Source of the DNA: Eubacteriales bacterium
GTDB lineage: Bacteria > Bacillota > Clostridia > Oscillospirales > CAG-272
Assembly: GCA_045532575.1 (NCBI GenBank)
Contig: JAZSGE010000148.1
Location: 1-63,062 of the forward strand
DNA: 63,062 nucleotides
Direction: 5' to 3'
The notes under the pieces are model-generated. The model ran no database searches, was not told where the DNA came from, and saw nothing but the letters and a program-made list of their open reading frames with translations. Positions 17,928-26,442 of this stretch are shown here, in pieces. Position numbers and translations under genes: made by a program. Within the stretch, counting starts at the first letter, position 1, and each line of letters opens with the position of its first letter.

Positions 17928-19034
17928 CTAGCTGCAGGCCACCTCTGCCACAATGGCACGCATCGTGTCGAGCTTTGCCAGCATATCCTTTGCAAGGCGG
18001 AGCTGGCAACGGGCGCGCACAAGGTTGTGCCCTTCAAAATTCACTTTAAAATAATGGTCGCCGAGAAGATAATCGTCAAGGAAGCGCGAGGCAAGCTCGA
18101 CCGTGATCGTGAGCGCCCCGAGCGCCATGGTATCGATCTCCCCGGGGGTCAGAGAGTCCTTGGTGTACTTGATGAACCCCTCGGCAAAGGCACGGAATTT
18201 GTCAAGATCCAGGGAAACCAGCGAGAGATCCGCCTCATCCTCGGCCGCCGTGCTCGCCGCAAAGCGGACGGCATCGCCGAAGTCATGCATGGCAAGGCCG
18301 GGCATGACCGTGTCAAGATCGATCACGACAAGCCCGCGCTTGGTGGTCCTGTCAAACAACACATTATTGATCTTTGTGTCGTTGTGGGTCACGCGCAGGG
18401 GGATCTTCTTTGCCTCCAAAAGCTCGGAAAGGCGGCAGGCAATCGGCGCCAGCTCTCTCAGCGAGGCGATCTCCTCCGTAACCTCGGCCGCGCGTCCCAT
18501 CGGATCCTCCTCTACATGCATAAAGAAGGTCTCAAGCCGCTTTTTGGTGTTGTGAAACTCGGGGATCGTCTCAAATAAGAGCGAGGCATCAAAATCGGAG
18601 AGCTGCATTTGGAATTGACCAAAGGCCTCCCCGGCGTTGCGGAGCACCTCAAGGCTGTCGCAGGTGTTATAGGAGAGCGCGGGGATGAAGGTATAGAGGC
18701 GCCAGAAGGAGCCATCCTCGTTGTCAATATAATAATTGATGCCCTCTGCCGTATGATGGAAATGCAGAGACACCTGCCCTTCGGCGATTTTATTCCGTAT
18801 ATGCGAGGTCACAAGATCAATGTTCCGCATGATCTCTGCCGGATGCTTGAACACATAGGGATTGATCCTTTGTGCCACGTAAGCCTTCACAACGCCGTCG
18901 GGACGGCGATAGGTGAGCTTATATGTACTGTTGATGTTACCGTCGGTGATGGTGGTTATCGAATAGAGGGAGCCTTCAATGCGGAAAATATGGCTGATCT
19001 CTTTGAGCTTTGCTTCAAGGTCGCTGTTGCGCAT
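17928..19034 (-). CDS. N-acetylhexosamine 1-kinase-like phosphotransferase (APH fold, NahK/LnpB-like)
   Basis: Start at MRNSDLEAKL after an AGGAGG RBS. DGNINSTY, RVTHNDTKINNVLFD, IDLDTVMPG and HNLVRARCQL resemble my recollection of Bifidobacterium NahK. Confidence 0.7.
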   Translation of the reverse strand: MRNSDLEAKLKEISHIFRIEGSLYSITTITDGNINSTYKLTYRRPDGVVKAYVAQRINPYVFKHPAEIMRNIDLVTSHIRNKIAEGQVSLHFHHTAEGINYYIDNEDGSFWRLYTFIPALSYNTCDSLEVLRNAGEAFGQFQMQLSDFDASLLFETIPEFHNTKKRLETFFMHVEEDPMGRAAEVTEEIASLRELAPIACRLSELLEAKKIPLRVTHNDTKINNVLFDRTTKRGLVVIDLDTVMPGLAMHDFGDAVRFAASTAAEDEADLSLVSLDLDKFRAFAEGFIKYTKDSLTPGEIDTMALGALTITVELASRFLDDYLLGDHYFKVNFEGHNLVRARCQLRLAKDMLAKLDTMRAIVAEVACS

Positions 19035-19069
19035 AGGGGGATCCTCCTTATTATAACTATACAAAGTAT

Positions 19070-19098
19070 ATTATATAGCAAATACCGGCTTTTTGCAA
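19070..19098 (-). promoter_or_regulatory. sigmaA-type promoter for the nahK-like/M16/M16/lgt/folD gene string
   Basis: Minus strand: TTGCAA, 17 nt, TATAAT. Confidence 0.6.
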
Positions 19099-19120
19099 CA
19101 CCTTTTTGGAAAAGATAGGG

Positions 19121-19147
19121 AAAAAGCCGCACAGGGTGCGGCTTTTT
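19121..19147 (-). terminator. Terminator after spoVT
   Basis: aaaaagccgcac-agg-gtgcggcttttt. Confidence 0.85.
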
Positions 19148-19148
19148 C

Positions 19149-19700
19149 CTAGGCCTCCATCTGCCGTGCAAGAAATCCTGCGGCTGTTTGGATGAGCTTA
19201 GTCTCAATTCCCTCGGCAAGCTTTCCCTCGTCCTCTTCCCCGTGACGGAGAGAGCACACAGCGCCGATGATGTCGCCGCCGGCGAGGATGGGCATGGCAC
19301 AGCTGATATAATGCGAGCCGCCATCGTCGATGACGCGGAGGCGCTCCTGCCCCTTGCGGTACGTGTAGAGCGTGCGTGATTCGATGATGTCCTCAAGCTC
19401 CTCGGAGATCGCCTTTTCGAGATACTCCTTTTTAGGGACACCGGCGGCCGCGATGATCGCATCACGGTCGGTCACGATCACGGACAGTGAGCAGGTCTTT
19501 TGCAGTGTCTCGGCGTATTGCGCGGAGAAGGCGGCGAGCTCGCCGATGGGGGAATACTTCTTGAAGATGACCTCACCCTCGCGGTCGGTATAGATCTCGA
19601 GGGGGTCCCCCTCGCGGATGCGCATGGTGCGGCGGATCTCCTTCGGGATCACCACCCGTCCAAGATCGTCAATACGGCGCACAATTCCTGTTGCTTTCAT
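19149..19700 (-). CDS. spoVT: Stage V sporulation protein T (AbrB-family regulator with a GAF-like C-domain)
   Basis: MKATGIVRRIDDLGRVVIPKEIRRTMRIREGDPLEIY is the SpoVT/AbrB swapped-hairpin N-terminus. 183 aa. Confidence 0.92.
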   Translation of the reverse strand: MKATGIVRRIDDLGRVVIPKEIRRTMRIREGDPLEIYTDREGEVIFKKYSPIGELAAFSAQYAETLQKTCSLSVIVTDRDAIIAAAGVPKKEYLEKAISEELEDIIESRTLYTYRKGQERLRVIDDGGSHYISCAMPILAGGDIIGAVCSLRHGEEDEGKLAEGIETKLIQTAAGFLARQMEA

Positions 19701-19737
19701 ATATTATAAATCTCCTTGCTTTTGCAAACGGTGATGT

Positions 19738-19766
19738 TAGTATTTGTGCTTTGTGGCAGATTATAC
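19738..19766 (-). promoter_or_regulatory. Possible forespore (sigmaG/F-type) promoter for spoVT
   Basis: Minus strand: GTATA, 17 nt, AATACTA. This approximates GNATA-N17-CATACTA, which is my recollection of the consensus. Confidence 0.3.
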
Positions 19767-19823
19767 TGTCGGGGGGTGTATTTTCGTTTTTTGTATGCTA
19801 TACTCATCTCGAGGTGAATACCG

Positions 19824-19943
19824 ATGAAAATTACAAAAATCAAAGGAAACGACACGATTTTTCCCTATATTTCCTACACACCCGACGCGATCCCCGTTCA
19901 TCCCGCACTCTTGAGTACCATTCACGCCGCGCGCCTTCTGTGA
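19824..19943 (+). other. 39-codon micro-ORF or gene remnant (MKITKIKGNDTIFPYISYTPDAIPVHPALLSTIHAARLL)
   Basis: GAGGTGA RBS 6 nt upstream and a TGcTATACT extended -10 at 19796-19804. The sequence resembles the first strands of an alpha/beta-hydrolase N-terminus, truncated before the HG(G) motif. Confidence 0.25.
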
Positions 19944-19972
19944 GGAGCCCCTTACGTGGCTGCTGTCCAAAA

Positions 19973-19997
19973 CAAAAAACGCCGTAACCGTACGGCG
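19973..19997 (-). terminator. Second (tandem) terminator downstream of the YbjN-like gene
   Basis: cgccgta-accg-tacggcg. On the minus strand it is followed by T6. Confidence 0.6.
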
Positions 19998-20013
19998 CTC
20001 TTATAACAGTATG

Positions 20014-20047
20014 AAAAAAGAGGAAAGCCGCGGCTTTCCTCTTTTTT
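20014..20047. terminator. Terminator immediately downstream of the YbjN-like gene
   Basis: gaggaaagc-cgcg-gctttcctc, flanked by A6 and T6 runs. Confidence 0.85.
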
Positions 20048-20053
20048 GTCGGA

Positions 20054-20614
20054 TCATTCCTCTTCAGCCTCGTCGGCGGCCTCCTCAGCCTCCTCCTCAG
20101 CGGTCTCGTCGAGCTCATCCTCGGCAACCTCGTCAAGCTCCTCGAGCTCTTCGATCTCCTCGGCCTCCTCATCCTCCTCGTCGTACCCGATACCGAAGGC
20201 ATCCTGGATCTCATCAGCGAGCTCCTCGACACCGTCGATCACGTTGACAAAGGCACGGGCAAAGGCCTCACCGCTCGTCAGGAATTCTACGGGCAGCGAG
20301 TAGGCCAGGCAAAGGTGCTCCTCGTCCGCCATTACGGTAAGGGCGGAATTGCGGTTAAGATCGTTGATAAAGCGGTAAAGCTCGAGCTCATCGACCTCGG
20401 GAATATCACAGTAATCCACAAAGAAGTAGATCGAGCCCTCGGCCTCGCAGGTCGCTACGATATCGTAGGGGAAAACGCCGTCCTCACCCACAACGGGGAA
20501 GGTGATCGCCGTGATGCTCTCATCGGCGCCCAGGTTCTCGCCAAAGGTCACACCCTCGATCTCATGCTCCTCGAGCCAGGCCTTGAACTCTGCCAAAAGC
20601 TTTTCAAATTCCAT
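20054..20614 (-). CDS. YbjN-like domain protein with a ~45-aa poly-acidic C-terminal tail
   Basis: 186 aa. The N-terminal ~140 aa have a chaperone-like alpha/beta pattern. The tail reads DEEDEEAEEIEELEELDEVAEDELDETAEEEAEEAADEAEEE. Confidence 0.5.
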   Translation of the reverse strand: MEFEKLLAEFKAWLEEHEIEGVTFGENLGADESITAITFPVVGEDGVFPYDIVATCEAEGSIYFFVDYCDIPEVDELELYRFINDLNRNSALTVMADEEHLCLAYSLPVEFLTSGEAFARAFVNVIDGVEELADEIQDAFGIGYDEEDEEAEEIEELEELDEVAEDELDETAEEEAEEAADEAEEE

Positions 20615-20660
20615 AATCTTCTCTCTTTTCTGTAAAAAAATAGGACCTTGCGTTTACTAC

Positions 20661-20689
20661 ATTCTATCATGCATCCTCGGAAAAGTCAA
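20661..20689 (-). promoter_or_regulatory. sigmaA-type promoter for the YbjN-like gene
   Basis: Minus strand: TTGACT, 17 nt, TGaTAGAAT. Confidence 0.6.
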
Positions 20690-20709
20690 TCATTTTCCGA
20701 AAACAGCCG

Positions 20710-22920
20710 TTACTTTTCCTCGCGAGGCAGTACTCCGGGCGAGGGGAGCTTCGACTTGCGGCACTTTTCGAAGGCAGACACCGGCTTCTCATCAAAGTTG
20801 AATTCCACCTCAGAGAGCTTGTGCTTCGGCTTGATCGTCATAAGGGCGGTGCCTGTCGAGGTGCGTGTCGATTTGATGGGGATCAGCGAGGATTTGATCA
20901 GAAGCTTGCGCTTTTGACTGTCGATCAGGAGAAGATCGCGCGGCGCATCCTCGTATACCGCGGCCACGATCGGCGAGGCCCCCGAGAAGACGGCCGTCTG
21001 GCGGCGGCGCGTGGTCTTGACCTGATACCGATCCATCGGCACGCGGAGCCCCTTGCCGTTCTCAAAAATGAAGATCACATTGTGCTCTGGCTCATAGCTG
21101 TGGAGCGCCTTCATGAGGATCGGATGCTCGTCCTCGTCCATGTTGAGCTTGGCCGGCAGATATTCTCCGAGGGCCGAGGCCTTGACGGGATCAAAATCGG
21201 CGGCACGGGCACGGTAGAGCTGAGCCTTGTTTGTAAAGAAGATCAGCTCGCACTTGTTGTCGAGATCCTCCGAGAAGAGGATCTTATCTCCTTCCTTCAG
21301 CTTCTGCTCGTCGTTGCCGCGCAAGGACTGCACCGTGATCTTCTTGAAGTAGCCGTCCTTTGTCATCACAAAGCGGGCATCGTAGTTTTCCTCGAAGAGC
21401 TCGTCGTCATCCATGCGAACGACGTCTCCCTCGTCAAGCAGAAGGGTCTTTCTCGGCTTACCGTATTTCTTTTTGATCTCACGGAGCTGATCGGCGATCG
21501 CGCCGCGGAGCTTGATCTCATCGGCAAGGAGAGCTTCAAGCTCGGCGATCTCACGCTGGATCTCCTCAATCTCGGTCACGCGGTTGGTGATATATTCACG
21601 GTTGAGGTTGCGCAGCTTGATATCGGCAATGTACTCGGCCTGTACCTTCGAGAGCGAGAAGCCGGCCATCAGATTGGGGATAACATCGGCATCGTGCTCG
21701 GTGGTGCGGATAATGCGGATCGCCTTGTCGATATCCAAAAGGATCGCGGCAAGACCAAGGAGCAGGTGGAGCTTGTCGCGCTTCTTCCCGAGATCAAATT
21801 GGATCTCGCGGCGGAAGCACCCGATGCGGAAGCGGATCCATTCCTTCAGGATGTCCACGACCCCCAGCTGGCGCGGCATTCCGTCGATCAGCACGTTGAA
21901 GTTGCAGTCAAAGTTGTCTTCAAGGTCGGTGAGACGGTACAGCTTTTGCATCAGCTTCTCGGGATCAACGCCGCGGCGCAGATCCAGCGTGAGCTTAAAG
22001 CCGTTGAGGTCGATCGCATCGCGTGAATCTGCCACCTCCTTGAGGCGGCCGCCCTTGATGAGATCGGCGATCTTGTCCATGATCGATTCGATGCTGGTCG
22101 AATAGGGGATCTCGAGGATATCAATGCTGTTATTGGCCTTGTCGTATACATACTTAGCACGGAGCTTCACCGCTCCCACGCCCGTCTCGTAGATCTTGCG
22201 CATCTTTTCGCGGTCATAGATCAGGAGGCCGCCCCCCGAGAAGTCGGGGGCACGCACAAGGTCAAGGATGCGATCCACCGAGGTATTCGGATTCTTGAGG
22301 AGGGCGATCGTGCCGTCACAGATCTCCGCCAGGTTAAAGGAGCAGATCGAGCTCGCCATACCGACTGCAATACCGAGGTTCGGTGAGATCAGGATATTCG
22401 GGAAGGTCGTCGGCAGGAGCGTCGGCTCCTGCATGGTGTTATCGTAGTTCGGGACAAGATCCACGGCATTCTTGTCAATGCCACGGAACAGCTCGTTGCA
22501 AAAGGAGTCGAGCTTGACCTCGGTATAACGCGAGGCGGCATAGGCCATATTCTTGCTGTACTGCTTACCAAAGCTCCCCTTCGAATCCACAAAGGGATGG
22601 AGGAGGGCCTCGTTGCCGCGCGTCAGGCGCACCATGGTCTCATAGATGGCGGCATCGCCGTGAGGATTGAGGCGCATCGTCTGTCCGACGACGTTGGCGC
22701 TCTTGGTGCGGGGCCCTGTCAGAAGCCCCATCTTATACATCGTATAAAGGAGCTTTCTGTGCGAGGGCTTAAAGCCGTCGATCTCCGGGATCGCACGCGA
22801 GATGATTACCGTCATAACGTACGGCATATAGTTCTTTTCGATCGTCTCGGTGATCGGCTGATAGGTGATCTCCGCCTCCTCCTGAGGATACTCTGCCATA
22901 TCGTTTTTCTTTTTTGCCAT
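20710..22920 (-). CDS. Type IIA topoisomerase subunit A (ParC/GyrA-like)
   Basis: 736 aa. IPEIDGFKPSHRKLLYTM, the catalytic AASRYTE region and a beta-pinwheel C-terminal domain. No B subunit lies adjacent. Confidence 0.85.
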   Translation of the reverse strand: MAKKKNDMAEYPQEEAEITYQPITETIEKNYMPYVMTVIISRAIPEIDGFKPSHRKLLYTMYKMGLLTGPRTKSANVVGQTMRLNPHGDAAIYETMVRLTRGNEALLHPFVDSKGSFGKQYSKNMAYAASRYTEVKLDSFCNELFRGIDKNAVDLVPNYDNTMQEPTLLPTTFPNILISPNLGIAVGMASSICSFNLAEICDGTIALLKNPNTSVDRILDLVRAPDFSGGGLLIYDREKMRKIYETGVGAVKLRAKYVYDKANNSIDILEIPYSTSIESIMDKIADLIKGGRLKEVADSRDAIDLNGFKLTLDLRRGVDPEKLMQKLYRLTDLEDNFDCNFNVLIDGMPRQLGVVDILKEWIRFRIGCFRREIQFDLGKKRDKLHLLLGLAAILLDIDKAIRIIRTTEHDADVIPNLMAGFSLSKVQAEYIADIKLRNLNREYITNRVTEIEEIQREIAELEALLADEIKLRGAIADQLREIKKKYGKPRKTLLLDEGDVVRMDDDELFEENYDARFVMTKDGYFKKITVQSLRGNDEQKLKEGDKILFSEDLDNKCELIFFTNKAQLYRARAADFDPVKASALGEYLPAKLNMDEDEHPILMKALHSYEPEHNVIFIFENGKGLRVPMDRYQVKTTRRRQTAVFSGASPIVAAVYEDAPRDLLLIDSQKRKLLIKSSLIPIKSTRTSTGTALMTIKPKHKLSEVEFNFDEKPVSAFEKCRKSKLPSPGVLPREEK

Positions 22921-22933
22921 GCTTAAACTCCGG

Positions 22934-23980
22934 TCATAATGTAATGATGTGATGTGCCGCAGCGCGGATCATGCGATTGTAGAGGGCAAGCCCCAGCCCA
23001 CGGGGTGGCGGCAGAGGTGCGTATATGGCATCGTACTGACCGCAATCACAGTCGCGCAGGAGGGAAAAGAGGCGCTTTGCCAGCCAAAAGAGGTCTTCCC
23101 TTTCGCCAACGGGGATCGGATGCGCATTTCTGAGCGTCGCAAAGACATCGGCATCCCCCGTATAGCAAAGCACGGCAAGGCGTCCTCTGATGCCATTAAG
23201 GTATGCTGCAGCCGCCTCGGGTGCCCCGTCCAGAAGATAAAAGGGCGTATGGGGGGCATAGTGCTTGTACTTCATCCCGGGCGAAAGGACGGTCTCACCC
23301 TCCTTGAGGGCACCGAGAACCGCATCGGCGATCGTCACCTTGGCACCGATGGCGGCAAGATCGTCGGGCGTGATGGCGCCGGGGCGCAGGAGCGTCAGGC
23401 TCCCGTCCTCCTCGATCTTTACGATCGTGGATTCAAGACCGATGTCCGAATCCCCACCGTCGAGGATCATATCAACGCGCCCCTCCATATCGTCACGCAC
23501 GTGGCGCGCATTGGTGGGGGAAGGACTGCCGGAAAGGTTGGCCGAGGGGGCGGCGATCGGAACGCCGGCCGCACGGATCAGCTCGCGCGCCGCAGGATGC
23601 GCGGGACAGCGCACCGCTACCGTCGGGAGCCCTGCACGCACGGCGAGGGGAACGCTCGCCTTTGCCTTGAGAACGACCGTCAGGGGCCCGGGCATAAACG
23701 CCTCGGCCAGGCGGTAATAGAGCGGTGTTGTTTCGGTATAGCGCTCGGCCTCCTCGGGGGAGGCGATATGTATGATCAAGGGGTTATCGGAGGGGCGCCC
23801 CTTGGCGGCATAGATCTTCTCTGCCGCCTCGCCCCTTGTGGCATCGGCACCGAGACCGTAGACCGTCTCGGTGGGAAAGACCACAAGCCCACCTTGGCGC
23901 AGGAGCTCGCCTGCACGAAGGAGTGCTGCGCGGTCCTTGTCGACAAGGGGGTCGGATAGCGAGATGAATTCTGTTGTCAT
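22934..23980 (-). CDS. ywlC: L-threonylcarbamoyladenylate synthase (Sua5/YwlC type, with Sua5 C-domain)
   Basis: 348 aa. VVFPTETVYGLGADA and SANLSGSPSPT motifs. 4-nt overlap with the prfA stop. Confidence 0.88.
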   Translation of the reverse strand: MTTEFISLSDPLVDKDRAALLRAGELLRQGGLVVFPTETVYGLGADATRGEAAEKIYAAKGRPSDNPLIIHIASPEEAERYTETTPLYYRLAEAFMPGPLTVVLKAKASVPLAVRAGLPTVAVRCPAHPAARELIRAAGVPIAAPSANLSGSPSPTNARHVRDDMEGRVDMILDGGDSDIGLESTIVKIEEDGSLTLLRPGAITPDDLAAIGAKVTIADAVLGALKEGETVLSPGMKYKHYAPHTPFYLLDGAPEAAAAYLNGIRGRLAVLCYTGDADVFATLRNAHPIPVGEREDLFWLAKRLFSLLRDCDCGQYDAIYAPLPPPRGLGLALYNRMIRAAAHHIITL

Positions 23981-25050
23981 AGCGATTGCTTCTTCATTTT
24001 TTCGGCGGTATCCGCACGCACCAGGGCATCGATCATTTCGCCGATATTTCCGTTCATAAAGGAATCGAGAGAATAGAGCGAGAGGCCGATCCTATGATCG
24101 GTGATGCGCCCCTGCGGATAGTTGTAGGTGCGGATCTTCTCGCTGCGGTCGCCGCTCCCTACCTGGCTCTTGCGCTCGGCGGCGATCTCGGCATCGCGCT
24201 CGCGGCGCTTGATGTCGTAGAGCTTTGTGCGGAGCATACGGAGGGCCGCCTCCTTGTTCTGGAGCTGGCTCCGCTGTGTCTGACAGTACACGACGATCCC
24301 CGTCGGAATATGCTGAATACGTACGGCCGATTCGGTCTTGTTGATATGCTGACCGCCGGCACCCGAGCTTTTCATCGATTCGATCACAAGCTCCGAGGGG
24401 GCGATCTCGATCTCAATATCCTCGACCTCGGGCAGAACAGCCACCGTCACCGTCGAGGTCTGGATGCGCCCCTGCGACTCGGTCTCGGGCACGCGCTGGA
24501 CGCGGTGCACGCCGCTTTCAAACTTAAAGCGTGCAAAGCACCCCTCGCCAAGAATACGGAAGGAGATCTCGCGGAAGCCGCCGAGCTCGGTCTCGTTCAC
24601 GCTGACGGGGTCGAGCGTAAAGCCCTGCCCCTCGGCGTACATACGGTACATCCGGTAAAGATCGGCCGCAAAGAGCGCCGCCTCTTCCCCACCGGCACCG
24701 GCGCGAATCTCCATGATCACATTGCGCTCGTCGTCCTCGTCTTTCGGCAGGAGGAGCTCGCGGATCCGCTCAGCTACCGCCTCCGCCTCCCGGTGCTTAT
24801 CGGCCGCCTCCTCCTCAGCAAAGGCGCGGAGGTCGGCATCGGCGGAGGGATCGGTGGCAAGCAAGCGCGCCTCCGCCACCTCTCTCTCAAGAGTGCGGAA
24901 GGCGCGGTACGCGTCCACCAAGGGAGAGAGGCGGTGATGCTCCTTGGTCAGCTCGCGGTAGGCGCGGATATCGGCGAGGACGTCCTCGGCACCGAGGCGC
25001 GCCTCGATCTCCTCAAAACGCGCAACGACCGCCGTAAGGTCATCAAACAT
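23977..25050 (-). CDS. prfA: Peptide chain release factor 1
   Basis: 357 aa. GAGGQHINKTESAVRIQH contains the GGQ motif. RIQTSTVTVAVLPE is the RF1-type region. Confidence 0.95.
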   Translation of the reverse strand: MFDDLTAVVARFEEIEARLGAEDVLADIRAYRELTKEHHRLSPLVDAYRAFRTLEREVAEARLLATDPSADADLRAFAEEEAADKHREAEAVAERIRELLLPKDEDDERNVIMEIRAGAGGEEAALFAADLYRMYRMYAEGQGFTLDPVSVNETELGGFREISFRILGEGCFARFKFESGVHRVQRVPETESQGRIQTSTVTVAVLPEVEDIEIEIAPSELVIESMKSSGAGGQHINKTESAVRIQHIPTGIVVYCQTQRSQLQNKEAALRMLRTKLYDIKRRERDAEIAAERKSQVGSGDRSEKIRTYNYPQGRITDHRIGLSLYSLDSFMNGNIGEMIDALVRADTAEKMKKQSL

Positions 25051-25053
25051 AGC

Positions 25054-26442
25054 TCAGCGGCAAAATGCCGAGAAGGCCTCGTGAAGGGCGTAAAGATCGG
25101 CCTTAGAGATGATCTCGTAGGGGGCGTGCATCGAAACGACCGGGAGCCCAAGGTCAACGGTATCGATGTTCTGCTCGGCAATGAACATGGCCACGGTCCC
25201 ACCGCCGCCGATGTCCACCTTGCCAAGCTCGGCCGCCTGCCAGGTAACGCCGGCCTCCGAGAAGAGGCGGCGCACACGCCCCACATACTCGGCCGAGGCA
25301 TCGTTTGAGCCCGACTTGCCGCGCGAGCCCGTGAATTTGCTCATGGCGGGGCCGTGCGAGATCAGGGCACTGTTGCGCTTTTCGTACACCTCGGGGAAAT
25401 TCGGGTCGTAGGCCGCATTCACATCGGCCGAAAGGCAGGCCGAGGCGTGGCGCACGGCGCAGGGATTCTGCCCGAGGGCCGAGGAGATGCTGTCAATAAG
25501 ATCGGCAAAAAGACGGCAGCACATGCCGGTATTGCCGTTGCTCCCGATCTCCTCCTTATCGGCAAGAAGAACGAAGAGAGTCTTCGCCTCGTCCTGACAG
25601 GAGAAGAGCGCCGTCAGGGCGGGATAGGCACAGCAGCGGTCGTCGTGCCCGTAGCCCACGATAAAGGCGCGGTCAAAGCCGACATCTCTCGCACGCTCGG
25701 CCGGCACGGCCGAAAGCTCGGCACTCACGAAGTCCTCCTCCGTGATACCGTATCTCTCGTTCAAAAGGCGCAGGACGTTGTATTTGATCGCCTCGCCCTC
25801 CTTGCCATCGGGCACGGGAATACCGCCGACAAGGAGATTGAGATCCTCGCCCTTAATGGCCTGGCCGAGGGGCTGCTTGGCCTGCTCCTGCCCGAGATGG
25901 GGCAAAAGATCGTTGATATAAAAGACGGGATCGGAGGGATCCTCACCGATCGTCACGCGGATGTGCTCACCGTCAGCACGGACGATCACACCGTGCAGGG
26001 CCAGGGGGAGCGCCGTCCACTGATACTTTTTGATCCCCCCGTAGTAATGGGTCTTGAAGAAGGACATTCCGCTGTCCTCGTAGAGGGGATTTTGCTTTAA
26101 ATCGATGCGCGGCGAATCGACGTGCGCGGCCAAAATACGGAAGCCACTCTCGGAAAGGGGCTCGGTACCGATGCGGAAGAGGTAGATCCCCTTCCCCTTG
26201 TTCACAAAATACCGCCTATCCCCGGGCTTTAAGGCATCCCCGAAGCCATAGGGGGTAAAGCCGGCCTCCTTGGCCATCCTGAGGGCATTTTCGGTAGCCT
26301 CGCGTTCGGTCTTGGAGGCATCGAGAAATTGCTTATAGCCCTCGGCGTACGAGAAGATGGCCTTCATCCGCTCATCGTCGGCTTCCTTATAGATACACTT
26401 CTTTTCCGCAGTCAGGTCCGCGTATTTGTTCTCAGTTTCCAT
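25054..26442 (-). CDS. M18-family aminopeptidase
   Basis: Start at METENKYADL after a GGAGGAAAG RBS. ILAAHVDSPRIDLK and HYYGGIKKYQW motifs. Confidence 0.8.
   Translation of the reverse strand: METENKYADLTAEKKCIYKEADDERMKAIFSYAEGYKQFLDASKTEREATENALRMAKEAGFTPYGFGDALKPGDRRYFVNKGKGIYLFRIGTEPLSESGFRILAAHVDSPRIDLKQNPLYEDSGMSFFKTHYYGGIKKYQWTALPLALHGVIVRADGEHIRVTIGEDPSDPVFYINDLLPHLGQEQAKQPLGQAIKGEDLNLLVGGIPVPDGKEGEAIKYNVLRLLNERYGITEEDFVSAELSAVPAERARDVGFDRAFIVGYGHDDRCCAYPALTALFSCQDEAKTLFVLLADKEEIGSNGNTGMCCRLFADLIDSISSALGQNPCAVRHASACLSADVNAAYDPNFPEVYEKRNSALISHGPAMSKFTGSRGKSGSNDASAEYVGRVRRLFSEAGVTWQAAELGKVDIGGGGTVAMFIAEQNIDTVDLGLPVVSMHAPYEIISKADLYALHEAFSAFCR

Noticed and set aside
19691-19987. 98-aa ORF spanning the spoVT upstream spacer.
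   Set aside because: It starts inside the spoVT coding/RBS region, has no RBS and odd composition. The shorter 39-codon ORF in another frame has better signals, and even that one gets only low confidence.
20054-20200. Apparent cctc/ctcg microsatellite-like DNA.
   Set aside because: It is the antisense of the GAG/GAA/GAC-rich coding sequence for the acidic tail. It has no exact unit periodicity beyond codon bias.
22934-25050. prfA followed directly by sua5, without the prmC commonly found between them.
   Set aside because: This is a minor synteny variation. prmC could be elsewhere in the genome, so I do not consider it informative on its own.
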